DNA of 64,000 bases from an uncultured Chloroflexia bacterium. Lineage in GTDB: Bacteria > Chloroflexota > Limnocylindria > Limnocylindrales > CSP1-4. Under the pieces are notes generated by a model. That model saw nothing but the letters and a program-made list of their open reading frames with translations. It was not told the DNA's origin and did no database searches. The DNA lies in the NCBI GenBank assembly GCA_963833535.1, contig CAWHYC010000008.1:265738-329737 (forward strand), given 5' to 3'. Position 1 is the stretch's first letter. The number at the start of each line of letters is the position of its first letter. Position numbers and translations under genes: made by a program. Shown one piece after another: positions 25,601 through 35,174 of this stretch.

Positions 25601-27173
25601 CTACATCAGCCCGCCGCCGCACCACGACATCTACTCCATCGAGGACCTGGCACAGCTCATCGCCGACCTTCGCGCGGTCAACCCGACCGCCCGCATCGGC
25701 GTCAAGCTCGTCGCCTCCCGGGGGATCGGCACCATCGCCGCCGGCGTCGTCAAGTCTGGTGCGAACTATGTGCACGTGGCCGGCCATGCGGGCGGCACGG
25801 GCGCTTCGCCGCTCAGCTCCATCAAGCATGCCGGCGTGCCCTGGGAGCTCGGCCTGGCCGAGGTCCACCAGGTCCTGTTGCGCGCCGGCCTGCGCGATCG
25901 CGCCGTGCTGCGCACGGACGGCGGCCTGCGCACCGGCCGCGACATCGTGATCGCCGCCCTGCTTGGCGCCGAGGAGTTCGCGCTGGGGACCGCCGTCCTC
26001 GTCGCGCTCGGCTGCGATATGGCTCGGCAGTGCCACCTCGACACCTGCCCGACCGGCATCGCCACCCAGCGGGAGGACCTGCGTGCCAAGTTCGCCGGCA
26101 CCCCTGAGCAGGTCGAGCGGTTCGTCGTCGCCCTGGCCGAAGACGTGCGTCGCGAGCTGGCCGCGATCGGCGCCCGATCGCTGGGCGAGATCGTCGGCCA
26201 CGCCTCGACCGTCCTGAAGCCGGCTTCGGGACGCCTGTCCGTCGATGCTGCCGCCCTGGTTCGCGCCCCACGCTGGTCGGCGAGCGCGCAGCGGCGTGCG
26301 AACCCGAGCGCAGCGACGGCAGCCACGCCGGCCGTGCCAGCTTCGGCCGTCGAGGTAGAGCTGCTCAGGACGCCCGATCGGCTTCGCCCGGGCTCGACGG
26401 TATCGGTCGCCCTGACGACGGCCGATCGCGCCTTCGGTGCCGCCCTGGCTGGCGCCCATGCACGGCACGAGGTCGATGGTCCCTTGCATCTCGTGGCCAG
26501 CGGCGCGGCTGGCCAGAGCTTCGGGGCCTTCCTGACCGCCGGCCTGACGCTCGAGCTCGAGGGTGTGGCCAATGATTACGTCGCCAAGGGCCTGTCCGGC
26601 GGCGTGGTCATCGTTCGTCCCGAGGCCGACCTGGCGTGCGTCGCGGCCAGCCAATCGCTCGCCGGCAACACCTGCCTCTACGGCGCCACCGGCGGCCGGC
26701 TGCATGTCGTCGGTCGCGCAGGCATGCGTTTCGCGGTCCGGAACAGCGGCGCCGAGGCCGTGGTCGAGGGCATCGGGCCGCACGGCTGCGAATACATGAC
26801 GGGCGGCGTGGTCGTCGTGCTAGGCCCGATCGGGCCGAACTTCGGGGCTGGCATGACCGGCGGACGCGCCTACCTTCTCGATCCGCGCGGGCATCACGCC
26901 GCGCGGATCGAAGCCGGCTCGGTGACCGCCATGCGACTGAGCGACGCGGTCCAGGGCCGAGACGACGCGCACCTCCTCGCCGCCGAGCTGCGTCGCCTGC
27001 TGGTCGCCCACGCAGCCGTCGGATCCGCGCTCGCCGCGACCCTCCTCGACGCCGGTGAACCGGCGCCCCGCGACATCTGGATCGTGGAACCGGTCGGAGC
27101 GGCGGCAACCGCATCGCAACCTTCCCGTATCCCGGTCGGCGCTGACGCGGAGGTCGGCGCCCGCGTAGCGTGA
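22605..27173 (+). CDS. gltB: Glutamate synthase large subunit
   Basis: 1522 aa. Ntn amidotransferase Cys in EHDACGVGFVA. FMN/synthase region KIAQGSKPGEGGHLPG. C-terminal GXGXG domain (NDYVAKGLSGG). Confidence 0.95.
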   Translation: MARDEAGHRRPRRTEPPLYDARFEHDACGVGFVADAGDGAHDEVLPLALKGLGALGHRGAFGSDGASSDGAGILLPLEPSVVELITGGVRPARGAARPGVCSLFLPRRASEARLARDGVRAALEIEGLLARAWRPVPFEPGVLGPQAAASRPIVEQVLVPRPRGMSAAAFERGLVLARRRMEQAARSNGLDGFSVASASARTVVYKGLVVGTRLAELYPDLAGPLAVSHAVFHQRYATNTMPTWPLAQPFRLLAHNGEINTVRGNREQVRGRAADAARSDDARRLQAAGPLLSPGVSDSASLDEAVELLVQTGWTLEAALRALMPDVQALRRGPSGSGDPTADDRGHLLAPWDGPAAIVFSDGRRVGAILDRNGLRPLAYAITDRRLVVAASEAGAFDLPAASTIRRGRLGPGEMLVVEPAAGLVDLPAEAEAPHPVDHPMRGSRSEACRPFVDLPMARPPTTPMDADHRFLAGLDAERFRLDVRTMVVDGHEPLWSMGDDTPTPALARTDRPVTDHLRQAFAQVTNPPIDAERERAVVDCRVELGPRGSIFGGSGAAAGAGTLRLDRPFVADLAGLLQAAPMRTRRLDATWPGAAGDSGLEAALERLAARALAAARRGIGLLVISDGTFTLDRLPIPSVLAVGAVHAALTAAGLRGRCDLLVDAADILDVHAAAMAIAAGAGAVHPRLAIELAAELAGSRGLEELSAEAAAARLIEAFEAGLRKTLARMGISTVASYVGGVQFETLELSEAVVALCFPAAAGWPGGLGFADLAARQLRRADAARLVPPETPPGRLIDPGRARFRADGELHRYAPAMVQVLQGIAADDQGHQPGRDPWPLRHRGTDPRALRWLDTRDASVLRDAFVYRRRRQVPLVEVEPARAISARFAAAAMSVGALSPEAHQAVTIGMQRAGGAANTGEGGEDPAWYAPGPTGERRDARIKQVASARFGVTTAYLVRAEQLEIKIAQGSKPGEGGHLPGRKATAYIAALRRGQAGMAYISPPPHHDIYSIEDLAQLIADLRAVNPTARIGVKLVASRGIGTIAAGVVKSGANYVHVAGHAGGTGASPLSSIKHAGVPWELGLAEVHQVLLRAGLRDRAVLRTDGGLRTGRDIVIAALLGAEEFALGTAVLVALGCDMARQCHLDTCPTGIATQREDLRAKFAGTPEQVERFVVALAEDVRRELAAIGARSLGEIVGHASTVLKPASGRLSVDAAALVRAPRWSASAQRRANPSAATAATPAVPASAVEVELLRTPDRLRPGSTVSVALTTADRAFGAALAGAHARHEVDGPLHLVASGAAGQSFGAFLTAGLTLELEGVANDYVAKGLSGGVVIVRPEADLACVAASQSLAGNTCLYGATGGRLHVVGRAGMRFAVRNSGAEAVVEGIGPHGCEYMTGGVVVVLGPIGPNFGAGMTGGRAYLLDPRGHHAARIEAGSVTAMRLSDAVQGRDDAHLLAAELRRLLVAHAAVGSALAATLLDAGEPAPRDIWIVEPVGAAATASQPSRIPVGADAEVGARVA

Positions 27174-27232
27174 GACTCGGACGAATGCCCCTTACGCGCC
27201 GCGATGCGGGCCGAACCTGCGAGGACCCAGCC

Positions 27233-27457
27233 ATGGACACCAAGGAGCCGATCTACCGCACCGGATATCGCAGCCGAGCCGGGATCGGCGGCCCGGTCAC
27301 CTGCGCGGCCTGTGGCTGCCGCCTGGAGGCGTTGCCGCAGGGTGGCTATGCGCACTTCGGAGCGATGGGTGGGCGTGACGCCCGCGGCTGTCGCGTCGAC
27401 TGCGTCGATGCCGTGCACGACACCAGCGGTCGGGTCGACCTCCTGATCGTCGCCTGA
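27233..27457 (+). CDS. Small Cys-rich hypothetical protein (possible zinc ribbon)
   Basis: 74 aa starting at the ATG 27233. Contains CAACGC ... CRVDC..H. There is no recognisable family and the composition is only moderately protein-like. Confidence 0.35.
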   Translation: MDTKEPIYRTGYRSRAGIGGPVTCAACGCRLEALPQGGYAHFGAMGGRDARGCRVDCVDAVHDTSGRVDLLIVA

Positions 27458-27613
27458 CCCGGGTCGACACTCCCTCGGTCGACACCCGCACGCTCGACTG
27501 ACCCTGTGCGCGGCATAGCCGCGCCTTCGAACGCCGGCGGTTCCGCGTCCCTCGCGCCCGGCCAGCGAGGCGCTGGACTTGGATGGGGCTGACGCCCCGG
27601 CATGGTCGCGACG

Positions 27614-28312
27614 CTAGGCGTCGACCTGGAGGCGGTACCCGACACCGCGCACGGCGACGATCGGCGGTCCCCCGGCGGCCACCACCTTGGCGCGCAGGCG
27701 GGTGAGATGGGGCTTCAGCCAGAGCAGGTCGGGGTCGGGCTCGGCCGGCCAGCCTGCCCGCGCCAGGCGCAGGTGGGGCACGACGTCGCCGCCAGCCCGC
27801 GCCAGGGCATCGAGCAGCCGGAACTCGGTCGGCGTCAGGTCGAGTGGCTGCTCGCCGACCCGCGCCCGATGACGCGCGGGTTCGATGACCAGCGAACCGA
27901 TGGCGACCGTCGAGCCGCCGCCGCCCGTCGAAGCCATCTCGGACCGTCGGACGAGGGCGTGGATGCGAGCCAGCAGCTCACCACGACCGAACGGCTTGGT
28001 CAGATAGTCGTCGGCGCCGATGGCCAGCGCCCGGACCTTGGCCGCCTCGCCGCTCTCGCCGGAGACGACAAGGATGGGCGTCGGACCGGAGGCCCGGATG
28101 CGGCCGGCGACCGAGAAGCCGTCGGGACCCGGCATGGCAAGGTCGAGGAGGACGATGTCCGGCAGCTCCTCATCGAAACGCTTGATGGCGGTCAGGCCGT
28201 CGTAGGCCGTGATCACCTGGTGACCCTCGACGCCGACCAGGGCGGTGATGGCGCCGACCATGGCCGGGTCGTCGTCGACGACGAGGATGCGCAGCGCACG
28301 CTCCGGGCTCAT
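27614..28312 (-). CDS. OmpR/PhoB-family response regulator
   Basis: Receiver motifs ILVVDDD, DIVLLDLAMPG and LTKPF. Winged-helix C-terminus LTPTEFRLL...VRGVGYRL. Confidence 0.9.
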   Translation of the reverse strand: MSPERALRILVVDDDPAMVGAITALVGVEGHQVITAYDGLTAIKRFDEELPDIVLLDLAMPGPDGFSVAGRIRASGPTPILVVSGESGEAAKVRALAIGADDYLTKPFGRGELLARIHALVRRSEMASTGGGGSTVAIGSLVIEPARHRARVGEQPLDLTPTEFRLLDALARAGGDVVPHLRLARAGWPAEPDPDLLWLKPHLTRLRAKVVAAGGPPIVAVRGVGYRLQVDA

Positions 28313-28321
28313 GGCGCCACC

Positions 28322-29626
28322 TTAGAGCGCGACCACGGCCGTCAGCGCGACCACGAAGCGCGCGCCTCCCTCGCGACCGGGCTCGCACCACAGGCGCGCG
28401 CCCATCGACTGGCACAGGCGGCGAGCCGCGTAGAGACCGATCCCCGAGCCGCGTGCGGTCCGCGTCTCCCGACGCGCATAGGGCTCGAAGATCCGTTCGC
28501 GCCATTCCTCCGGGACGCCTGGCCCGTCGTCCTCCACGGCGACCTGGACGACGCCCTCCTGGAGGCTCGTCTCGATGCTGATGGCAGTGCCCGGCGGGGC
28601 GTACTTGACGGCGTTCTCGACGAGGTGCTCCATGACCTGGCGGAGGCGTCCCTCATCGGCGATGACGTGGCGATGCACGTCTGCGCGGACCTCGAGCCGG
28701 TGATGGCGAAGCAGGGGGCTGAGCTCGTCGACGACCTCGGCCACGATGATCGCCGGGTCGACCGGCCGGTTCTCGGGCGGCGGCTCTTGTCGGCCCTCCG
28801 GCCGGACCGAGGCGATGATCGAATCGACCAGCCGATCGATACGCTCGATCTGGGCCACGACCGCCTCGTGCCAGGCCGCCCTGGCCGCCCGCCGGGCGGG
28901 ATCGCGCGAGCCGCGATCCTGGAGCGGTGGCTCCTCGGCCAGCAGGTCGGCATAGGCGCGCACGACCGCCAGTGGCGTACGCAGCTCGTGTGTCACGAGG
29001 GCGATCAGCTCGACGCGCCCCTGGTCCAGGGCGCGCAGCTGGTCGACCTGGTCCTCGGCCTCACGCTGCAGCCGGACACGCTCGACGATGCCCGCCAGCA
29101 AGTCGGCGATGGCGCGCAGCTGATCGCGGTCGGCGATCGAGAAGTCTCGCGGTCGCTCGGTCTGGACGTTGAGGACGCCGACGACGGTGTCATGCCAGAT
29201 GAGCGGGACCGAGAGCATCGAGGCGATGAAACGGCGCTGGTCGATGCCACGGACCCACAGGAAGCGCGGCTCGGCCGGGACGTCGGGGATGATCATCGAC
29301 TCGCGCTGGGCCGCGACGTAGCCGGTCACGCCCTCGCCGAAGGGCACGCGCGCCCGCCCGATCTGGAAGCGATCGAGGCCGTTGGTCGCGGCCAGGGTCA
29401 GATGCAGGCCGTCCCGGTCGAGCAGGTAGAGCGAGCTGACGTCGGCCTGCAGGGCGTCGCGCGTGCCGTCGACGACCGTTTCCAGCAGCTCGTCCCAGGT
29501 CCCGGCCGTCGTCGCCAGACGGATGATCCGGTACAGGAACTCGAGCTGCCCGATCGGCGCCGGCGGCGCGTCGGGCTGGTCGCCGGGATGTCGCGCGTCT
29601 CGGTCGAGGGTCGCCACGACGTCCAC
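28322..29626 (-). CDS. Cytoplasmic GAF-domain sensor histidine kinase
   Basis: N-terminal GAF-like region with no TM segment. H-box THELRTPLAVV. ATP-lid GSGIGLYAARRL. The response-regulator gene follows 10 nt downstream. Confidence 0.9.
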   Translation of the reverse strand: MDVVATLDRDARHPGDQPDAPPAPIGQLEFLYRIIRLATTAGTWDELLETVVDGTRDALQADVSSLYLLDRDGLHLTLAATNGLDRFQIGRARVPFGEGVTGYVAAQRESMIIPDVPAEPRFLWVRGIDQRRFIASMLSVPLIWHDTVVGVLNVQTERPRDFSIADRDQLRAIADLLAGIVERVRLQREAEDQVDQLRALDQGRVELIALVTHELRTPLAVVRAYADLLAEEPPLQDRGSRDPARRAARAAWHEAVVAQIERIDRLVDSIIASVRPEGRQEPPPENRPVDPAIIVAEVVDELSPLLRHHRLEVRADVHRHVIADEGRLRQVMEHLVENAVKYAPPGTAISIETSLQEGVVQVAVEDDGPGVPEEWRERIFEPYARRETRTARGSGIGLYAARRLCQSMGARLWCEPGREGGARFVVALTAVVAL

Positions 29627-29712
29627 GATACAGAGCCTACGAGAACGCTCGAGGCACGAACATTGCGCCCCGGTTCCCGGCCGGTTGCGAAACGGCGAGC
29701 GCGCGCCGCACC

Positions 29713-32580
29713 ATGGGCGGCATGACCGCCGACCGGCGCCGCTCGTCGAACCCGGCCGTGCGTGCGGAGCCGCGCGCCATCGGCACGGCCCGGGCGCGGG
29801 ACCCGCTGGCGCGCGAGGTGAAGCTGCTCGGCGCGCTGCTCGGCCAGGTCATCGTCGAACAGGCCGGGCCGATCCTGTTCGGCAGGATCGAAGCCATCCG
29901 GCGGCGGACCATCGCCCTGCGGGCGACCGACGATCCCGACATCCGGACCCGACTCGGCATCGAGCTGGCGGCCGAGTTCGAGGCGCTCCCCGTCGATGAC
30001 GCGGAGGCCGTCATCCGCGCGTTCGCGCTCTACTTCCAGCTCGTCAACGTGGCCGAGGAGCGCGCCCGGGTGCGCGGCATCCGGGGCCGACGACGCTCGG
30101 CGCGAGGTGCGGTCACCCGCGGCTCCGTCGGCGAGGCCATCCTGCGCCTGGCGGCGGCCGGCACCGACCCGGACGAGCTCCTGGCCAGGCTATCGATCGA
30201 GCCGGTGCTCACCGCCCACCCGACCGAGGCCCGTCGCCGAACCGCGCTGATCGCCCTGCGTCGCATCGAGCGGCTGGTCGAACGGCTGCATGACCTTCAC
30301 CTGACGCCCGAGGAGGACGGGGACATCCGTCGCCGGCTGCGTGAGGAGATCACCCTGCTCTGGCAGACCGCGGACTTGCGCGGCGAGGCGCCCTCGCCGC
30401 TCGACGAGGTGCGCAGCGCGCTGGCCTTTTTCGATGCCACCCTCTTCACGGCCGTGCCGCGCCTTTACCGGTCGGTCGACGCCGCGCTCGATCTGCTCAG
30501 CGCGCCGATAGACGAGCGCGCCGCCAGCGACAGCGGCCGAACCGGGACGCGGCCACCGCGCGTGCCGCCGTTCCTCCACCTCGGGTCGTGGGTCGGCGGC
30601 GATCGCGACGGCAACCCCTACGTGACGGCCGAGGTCACCGCCCAAACGCTGCGCATCGCCAGCGACCACGTGCTGCGCGGCTACGAGGCCGTCTGCTCGC
30701 GGCTGATGCAGGCCGTCGCCGCGGCGGTCCCATCGGATCGCGTGAGCGACCGACTCGCCGCGCGGCTGGTGATCGACGAGGAGACGCTGCCCGAGACGAT
30801 GCGCATGCTGCGTCGTCGATTCCCCGATGAGCCCTTCCGGCAGCGCCTGGGCGCGATGGCCGAACACCTGCGCCGGACCCGGGGTGTCCTGACCGAGGCG
30901 CGCATGCCGCACGCCGGCCGCTACGACTCCGTGGCAGAGCTGATCGAGGAGCTGTCCGAGCTCTCCGATGCGCTCATCGCGACCGGCCTGGCGCGGGTCG
31001 CCTGGGGCGAGCTGGCCGACCTGCGCTGGCAGGTCGAGACGTTCGGCTTCTACCTTGCCTCGCTCGAGATCCGGCAGCACGCGGCCGTCCACGAGTCGGC
31101 CCTGGCCGCCATCCGCGCTGGAAGAGACATGCTGGCCGAGCTGTACGCGGCGCCGGGCGTCAGCGCCGCCGAGGTCCTCGCCACCCTCCGGGTCGTGGCC
31201 GACATCCAGCGCCGATTCGGCGTCGAGGCCTGTCACCGCTACGTGATCAGCTTCACCCGCCGCTCTGCGGACGTCCTGGCCGTGCTCGAGCTCGCGGACG
31301 CGGCCGCCGACCCAGGGGTATCCGCTGCCGTGACGAGTGGCTTCGGCCCGGGCCGGCCCGAGATCGACGTCGTGCCGCTCCTCGAATCGGCGGATGCGCT
31401 GACCGGCGCGGCCACACTGCTTGACCGGCTGCTCAGCGAGCCCGCCTATCGGCGTCACCTGTCTGTTCGGGGCGACCGACAGGAGGTCATGCTGGGCTAC
31501 TCCGACTCGAACAAGGAATCCGGCTTCCTGGCCGCGGGCTGGATGCTTTACCGAGCCCAGGAGGCGCTGGTGGCGACCGCGCGCCGGCATGGCGTCGAGC
31601 TGACGCTCTTCCACGGGCGCGGCGGAGCGATCGGACGCGGCGGCGGGTCGGCGCGGCGCGCCATCCTGGCCCAGGCGCCGGGCTCGATCAGCGGCCGCCT
31701 CAAGCTGACCGAACAGGGCGAGGTCATCGCCGCCCGCTACGGCGACCCGGTCATCGCCCTTCGCGAGCTCGAGCAGCTGACGGCCGCGACGCTGGTCGCG
31801 TCATCGGCCGACCACGAGGCGGAGATCGGCCGGGCAGTGAAGGCGGGCGCCGCGGTCATGGACGAGCTGGCGGCCACCGCGCAGGCAGCCTACCGAGCCT
31901 GCGTCTGGGACGACCCGGCCTTCGCGGCCTTCTTCCAGGACGCCACCCCCATCGCCGAGCTCTCCGCCCTCCGGCTGGGTTCGCGTCCCGCCACGCGCGC
32001 CCAGCGCGACGTGGATCGGGCGGGTGCCACCGGGCCGCCGCCGAGCATCGAGTCGCTGCGGGCTATCCCGTGGGTCTTCGCCTGGTCGCAGGCACGACTC
32101 GGCCTGCCCGGCTGGTTCGGCTTAGGCTCGGCGCTGGAAGCCTACCGGCTTGCGCACGGCGCGGCGGGCATGGAGGCTCTGCAGCGCCTCTACCGGGAGT
32201 GGCCGTTCTTCGAGACATTGCTCGACAACGCGGAGCTCGTCCTATCACGCAGCGACCTGACCGTGGCCGGCGAGTATGCCGCGCTCTCGGCACACCCGGA
32301 GGCGCCACGGATCTGGGCGCGGATCGGCGACGAGCACCGCCTGACCGTCGAGCTGCTGTTGCGCGTCACCGGGCGTGCGCAGCTCCTCGAGGGTCTGACC
32401 GCGATGCGACGGTCGATCGCGCTGCGGACGCCCTATGCCGACTCGCTGTCCGAGCTCCAGGTCCGTCTCCTTCGACGGCTTCGAGGGACCTCACCCGGCG
32501 ACCCAGAGTGGGAACGGCTCCTGCGGCTGGTGCACCTGACCGTCAACGGCGTGGCAGCGGCCTTGCAGGGGACCGGCTAG
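29713..32580 (+). CDS. ppc: Phosphoenolpyruvate carboxylase
   Basis: 955 aa. Motifs VLTAHPTE, VMLGYSDSNKESG and FHGRGGAIGRGGG, with C-terminal NGVAAALQGTG. An alternative ATG is at 29722. Confidence 0.95.
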   Translation: MGGMTADRRRSSNPAVRAEPRAIGTARARDPLAREVKLLGALLGQVIVEQAGPILFGRIEAIRRRTIALRATDDPDIRTRLGIELAAEFEALPVDDAEAVIRAFALYFQLVNVAEERARVRGIRGRRRSARGAVTRGSVGEAILRLAAAGTDPDELLARLSIEPVLTAHPTEARRRTALIALRRIERLVERLHDLHLTPEEDGDIRRRLREEITLLWQTADLRGEAPSPLDEVRSALAFFDATLFTAVPRLYRSVDAALDLLSAPIDERAASDSGRTGTRPPRVPPFLHLGSWVGGDRDGNPYVTAEVTAQTLRIASDHVLRGYEAVCSRLMQAVAAAVPSDRVSDRLAARLVIDEETLPETMRMLRRRFPDEPFRQRLGAMAEHLRRTRGVLTEARMPHAGRYDSVAELIEELSELSDALIATGLARVAWGELADLRWQVETFGFYLASLEIRQHAAVHESALAAIRAGRDMLAELYAAPGVSAAEVLATLRVVADIQRRFGVEACHRYVISFTRRSADVLAVLELADAAADPGVSAAVTSGFGPGRPEIDVVPLLESADALTGAATLLDRLLSEPAYRRHLSVRGDRQEVMLGYSDSNKESGFLAAGWMLYRAQEALVATARRHGVELTLFHGRGGAIGRGGGSARRAILAQAPGSISGRLKLTEQGEVIAARYGDPVIALRELEQLTAATLVASSADHEAEIGRAVKAGAAVMDELAATAQAAYRACVWDDPAFAAFFQDATPIAELSALRLGSRPATRAQRDVDRAGATGPPPSIESLRAIPWVFAWSQARLGLPGWFGLGSALEAYRLAHGAAGMEALQRLYREWPFFETLLDNAELVLSRSDLTVAGEYAALSAHPEAPRIWARIGDEHRLTVELLLRVTGRAQLLEGLTAMRRSIALRTPYADSLSELQVRLLRRLRGTSPGDPEWERLLRLVHLTVNGVAAALQGTG

Positions 32581-32613
32581 CCGCGATCCGGCACCGCGGC
32601 GCGCCGAGCGCCG

Positions 32614-33921
32614 TCAGGCGGTCGCCAATGCCTCGCCGAAGATGCCCAACGCCTCGTCGATCTCGGCGGCCGTGACGTCGATGGGCGCGATCCAGCGCAC
32701 CGTGTCGTGGTCGACGCCGCACGAGAGCAGCAGGAGCCCGAGGTCGGCGCAGCGCTGGATGACGCGCTCCGTTCGATCGCCGTCGGGCGTGCGGCGGGCG
32801 CGGTCGGTGACCAGGACCGAGCCGATCATCAAGCCGGGGCCGCGGACGTCGCCGATGCCGACATCGCCAGCCATGAGCGTCTGGAGCCCGGCCGTCAGCT
32901 GGGCACCGCGAGCGGCCGCATTGACGACCAGCTCTTCGGCGTGGATGGTTTCGAGGACGGCGATCCCGGCCGCGCAGGCGACCGGGTTGCCGCCGAAGGT
33001 CGTGCCATGCGCACCCTTGCCCCAGCGCTCCTGCAGCTCGCGGCGACTGACGACGGCCGAGAGCGGCAGGCCGTTGGCGATGGCCTTGGCCAAGGTCACG
33101 ACGTCGGGCACGACGCCGGCGTGTTCGAAGCCCCACATCTTCCCCGTTCGCGCGAAGCCGGACTGGACCTCGTCGAAGATGAGCAGGATGCCGTGCTCAT
33201 CTGCCAGGCGTCGCAGTCCCTGGAGGAAGCGCGCCGGCGCCGGACGGTAACCGCCCTCGCCCTGGACGGGCTCGACAAGGATGGCGGCCACATCCTCCGG
33301 TGAGACCTCGTCGTCGAAGTCGGCTTCCAGCGACGCCAGACACGCGTCGGTGGCCGCATCTTCGTCGCCCTCGTAGTCGCGGTAGACGTCCGGGAAGGCG
33401 GCCAGGTAGACGCCCGGCAAGAGCGGCTCGTAGCCATGGCGGTAGTTCGGGTTGGAGCTGGTGACGCTGGTCGCCCCGAAGGTCCGGCCGTGGAAGCCGC
33501 CGCGGAAGGCGATGATGCCCGGCCGACCGGTCACGCGACGAGCCATCTTGAGAGCGCCCTCGATGGCCTCCGAGCCGGAGTTGAGGAAGAAGACCGTGTC
33601 GAGCGGGTCGGGCATCTCGGCCGCGATCATCTCGGCCAGGCGGTTGATCGGCTCGGTGAAGCCGATAGCGCTCGGCGGCGCGATGAGGCGGTCGACCTGT
33701 GCGTGGATGGCGGCGCTGACGGCGGGATGATGGTGCCCGAGCGACGAGACGGCGATGCCGTTGGCAAAGTCGAGATACGCCCTGCCCTCGACGTCGAACA
33801 GGCGATGGCCCTCGCCGTGGCTCCACGTGCGCTGGAAATAGCGGCCCAGGACCGGAGTCAGGTGGTCCGGCGGTGTGAGGGCGGTACCGGTCGCGGCCGA
33901 CGCGCGGGTGGTCGTCTGCAT
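32614..33921 (-). CDS. Class III PLP-dependent aminotransferase (GabT-like)
   Basis: IFDEVQSGFARTGKMW, with the PLP lysine context VVTLAKAIANGLP. 435 aa. Confidence 0.9.
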   Translation of the reverse strand: MQTTTRASAATGTALTPPDHLTPVLGRYFQRTWSHGEGHRLFDVEGRAYLDFANGIAVSSLGHHHPAVSAAIHAQVDRLIAPPSAIGFTEPINRLAEMIAAEMPDPLDTVFFLNSGSEAIEGALKMARRVTGRPGIIAFRGGFHGRTFGATSVTSSNPNYRHGYEPLLPGVYLAAFPDVYRDYEGDEDAATDACLASLEADFDDEVSPEDVAAILVEPVQGEGGYRPAPARFLQGLRRLADEHGILLIFDEVQSGFARTGKMWGFEHAGVVPDVVTLAKAIANGLPLSAVVSRRELQERWGKGAHGTTFGGNPVACAAGIAVLETIHAEELVVNAAARGAQLTAGLQTLMAGDVGIGDVRGPGLMIGSVLVTDRARRTPDGDRTERVIQRCADLGLLLLSCGVDHDTVRWIAPIDVTAAEIDEALGIFGEALATA

Positions 33922-34069
33922 CGTGCTCAGTCTAGCCGCTCACCCAGCCCCGCCACGGTCCGAGCCGCCCGCTGACGGGTGCCGTTCGACCTTCGCAGAC
34001 CTCGTCGCGCGGTCTATCATGCCGGCGCGACCGGACGCATCCCGGCGCGTGCGCAGGAGCGGAGAGCCC

Positions 34070-34837
34070 ATGAACGAACTGCGACAGGCACTGCTGCCCG
34101 GCGAGGAGATCATCTTCGAAACGCGGAAGCACTGGATGGCGCCGATTCGTGATTCACTCATCGCGATCCTCCTGGTCATCGGCGGGCTGATCCTATGGTC
34201 GCTTGCGCCGCCCGGCGGAGAGGGACTCTTCGGTAGCATCGGTGGCATGCTCGGCACGCTCATGTGGTGGATCGGGCTGGCCATCCTCGTCATCGGAGCG
34301 GCGTGGATCGTGTGGAACATCGTTGCCTGGTTGTCGGCGAACTTCGGCGTCTCGAACCAGCGCGTGCTGTGCTATGAGGGTCTGCTTCGCAAGCACAGCT
34401 CCGAGACGCTGCTCAGCTCGGTCACCGACGTCAAGCTCACCGTCCCAGCCTTGGGCGGCATGTTCGGCTACGGCGATCTGACCATCCTGACCGCATCTGG
34501 CGCCGAAGGCAGCGACAGGTTCACGACCATTCGGCACGCGGCCGAGTTCCGCACCGCGCTCCAAGCCGCTCAGACCGGCGCGCAGACGGCGCCTGCGGCC
34601 GCGAGTCCCGCCGCCACGCCCATCCCGGCCGCTGGTGGGCCAGCCGCCGTGGACGCCGCACCGGCGAGCTCGCCCACCCCGCTCGGCCCGACGCCGGAGT
34701 CGTCTTCGGCTCCGCCTGGCGCGTCGGCGGAAGACAGCACGGCCACGCTCGCACGCCTTGGCGAGCTGCATGCCCAGGGCGTGATCACGGATGCCGAGTT
34801 CGAGGCCAAGAAGGCCGAGCTGCTCGGCCGCATCTAG
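34070..34837 (+). CDS. Membrane protein with a bacterial PH-like domain and a C-terminal SHOCT motif
   Basis: ATG at 34070 is preceded by GGAGCGGAGAG. EEIIFETRKHWMAPI is followed by two TM helices. The C-terminus is LARLGELHAQGVITDAEFEAKKAELLGRI. Confidence 0.7.
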   Translation: MNELRQALLPGEEIIFETRKHWMAPIRDSLIAILLVIGGLILWSLAPPGGEGLFGSIGGMLGTLMWWIGLAILVIGAAWIVWNIVAWLSANFGVSNQRVLCYEGLLRKHSSETLLSSVTDVKLTVPALGGMFGYGDLTILTASGAEGSDRFTTIRHAAEFRTALQAAQTGAQTAPAAASPAATPIPAAGGPAAVDAAPASSPTPLGPTPESSSAPPGASAEDSTATLARLGELHAQGVITDAEFEAKKAELLGRI

Positions 34838-34875
34838 GCAAGCTTCCGCTTGTCAGTCCATAGGAGGGAGATCCG

Positions 34876-35061
34876 ATGACACTGGTCTTCGCAACGGCGA
34901 TCTCGACCTGGCTGCTCTTGGTCGTCATGGTCAATTTCTTCCCGGATAGCGGCTTCCTCATCGACGGCACCGTGGCCGTCATCGGCGGCGTCATCGTCGG
35001 CTTCATCGCCGCCTGGATCATCCGCCGCCAGCGACGGAAGGAGCGGCGGGAGGGCGAGTGA
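34876..35061 (+). CDS. Small two-TM membrane protein
   Basis: RBS GGAGGGAG lies 6 nt upstream. 61 aa with two hydrophobic helices and a basic tail RRQRRKERREGE. Confidence 0.5.
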   Translation: MTLVFATAISTWLLLVVMVNFFPDSGFLIDGTVAVIGGVIVGFIAAWIIRRQRRKERREGE

Positions 35062-35174
35062 GCGCCAGCTCACGTATCTGCCGCCGTCAGGTTCCCCGGC
35101 CGTGGAGGGCGGCGTTTGACGCCACCCGACGCCGCTCGCTCGTGGGCGGCTGACCCGCCAGGAGCGGCCGTCGC

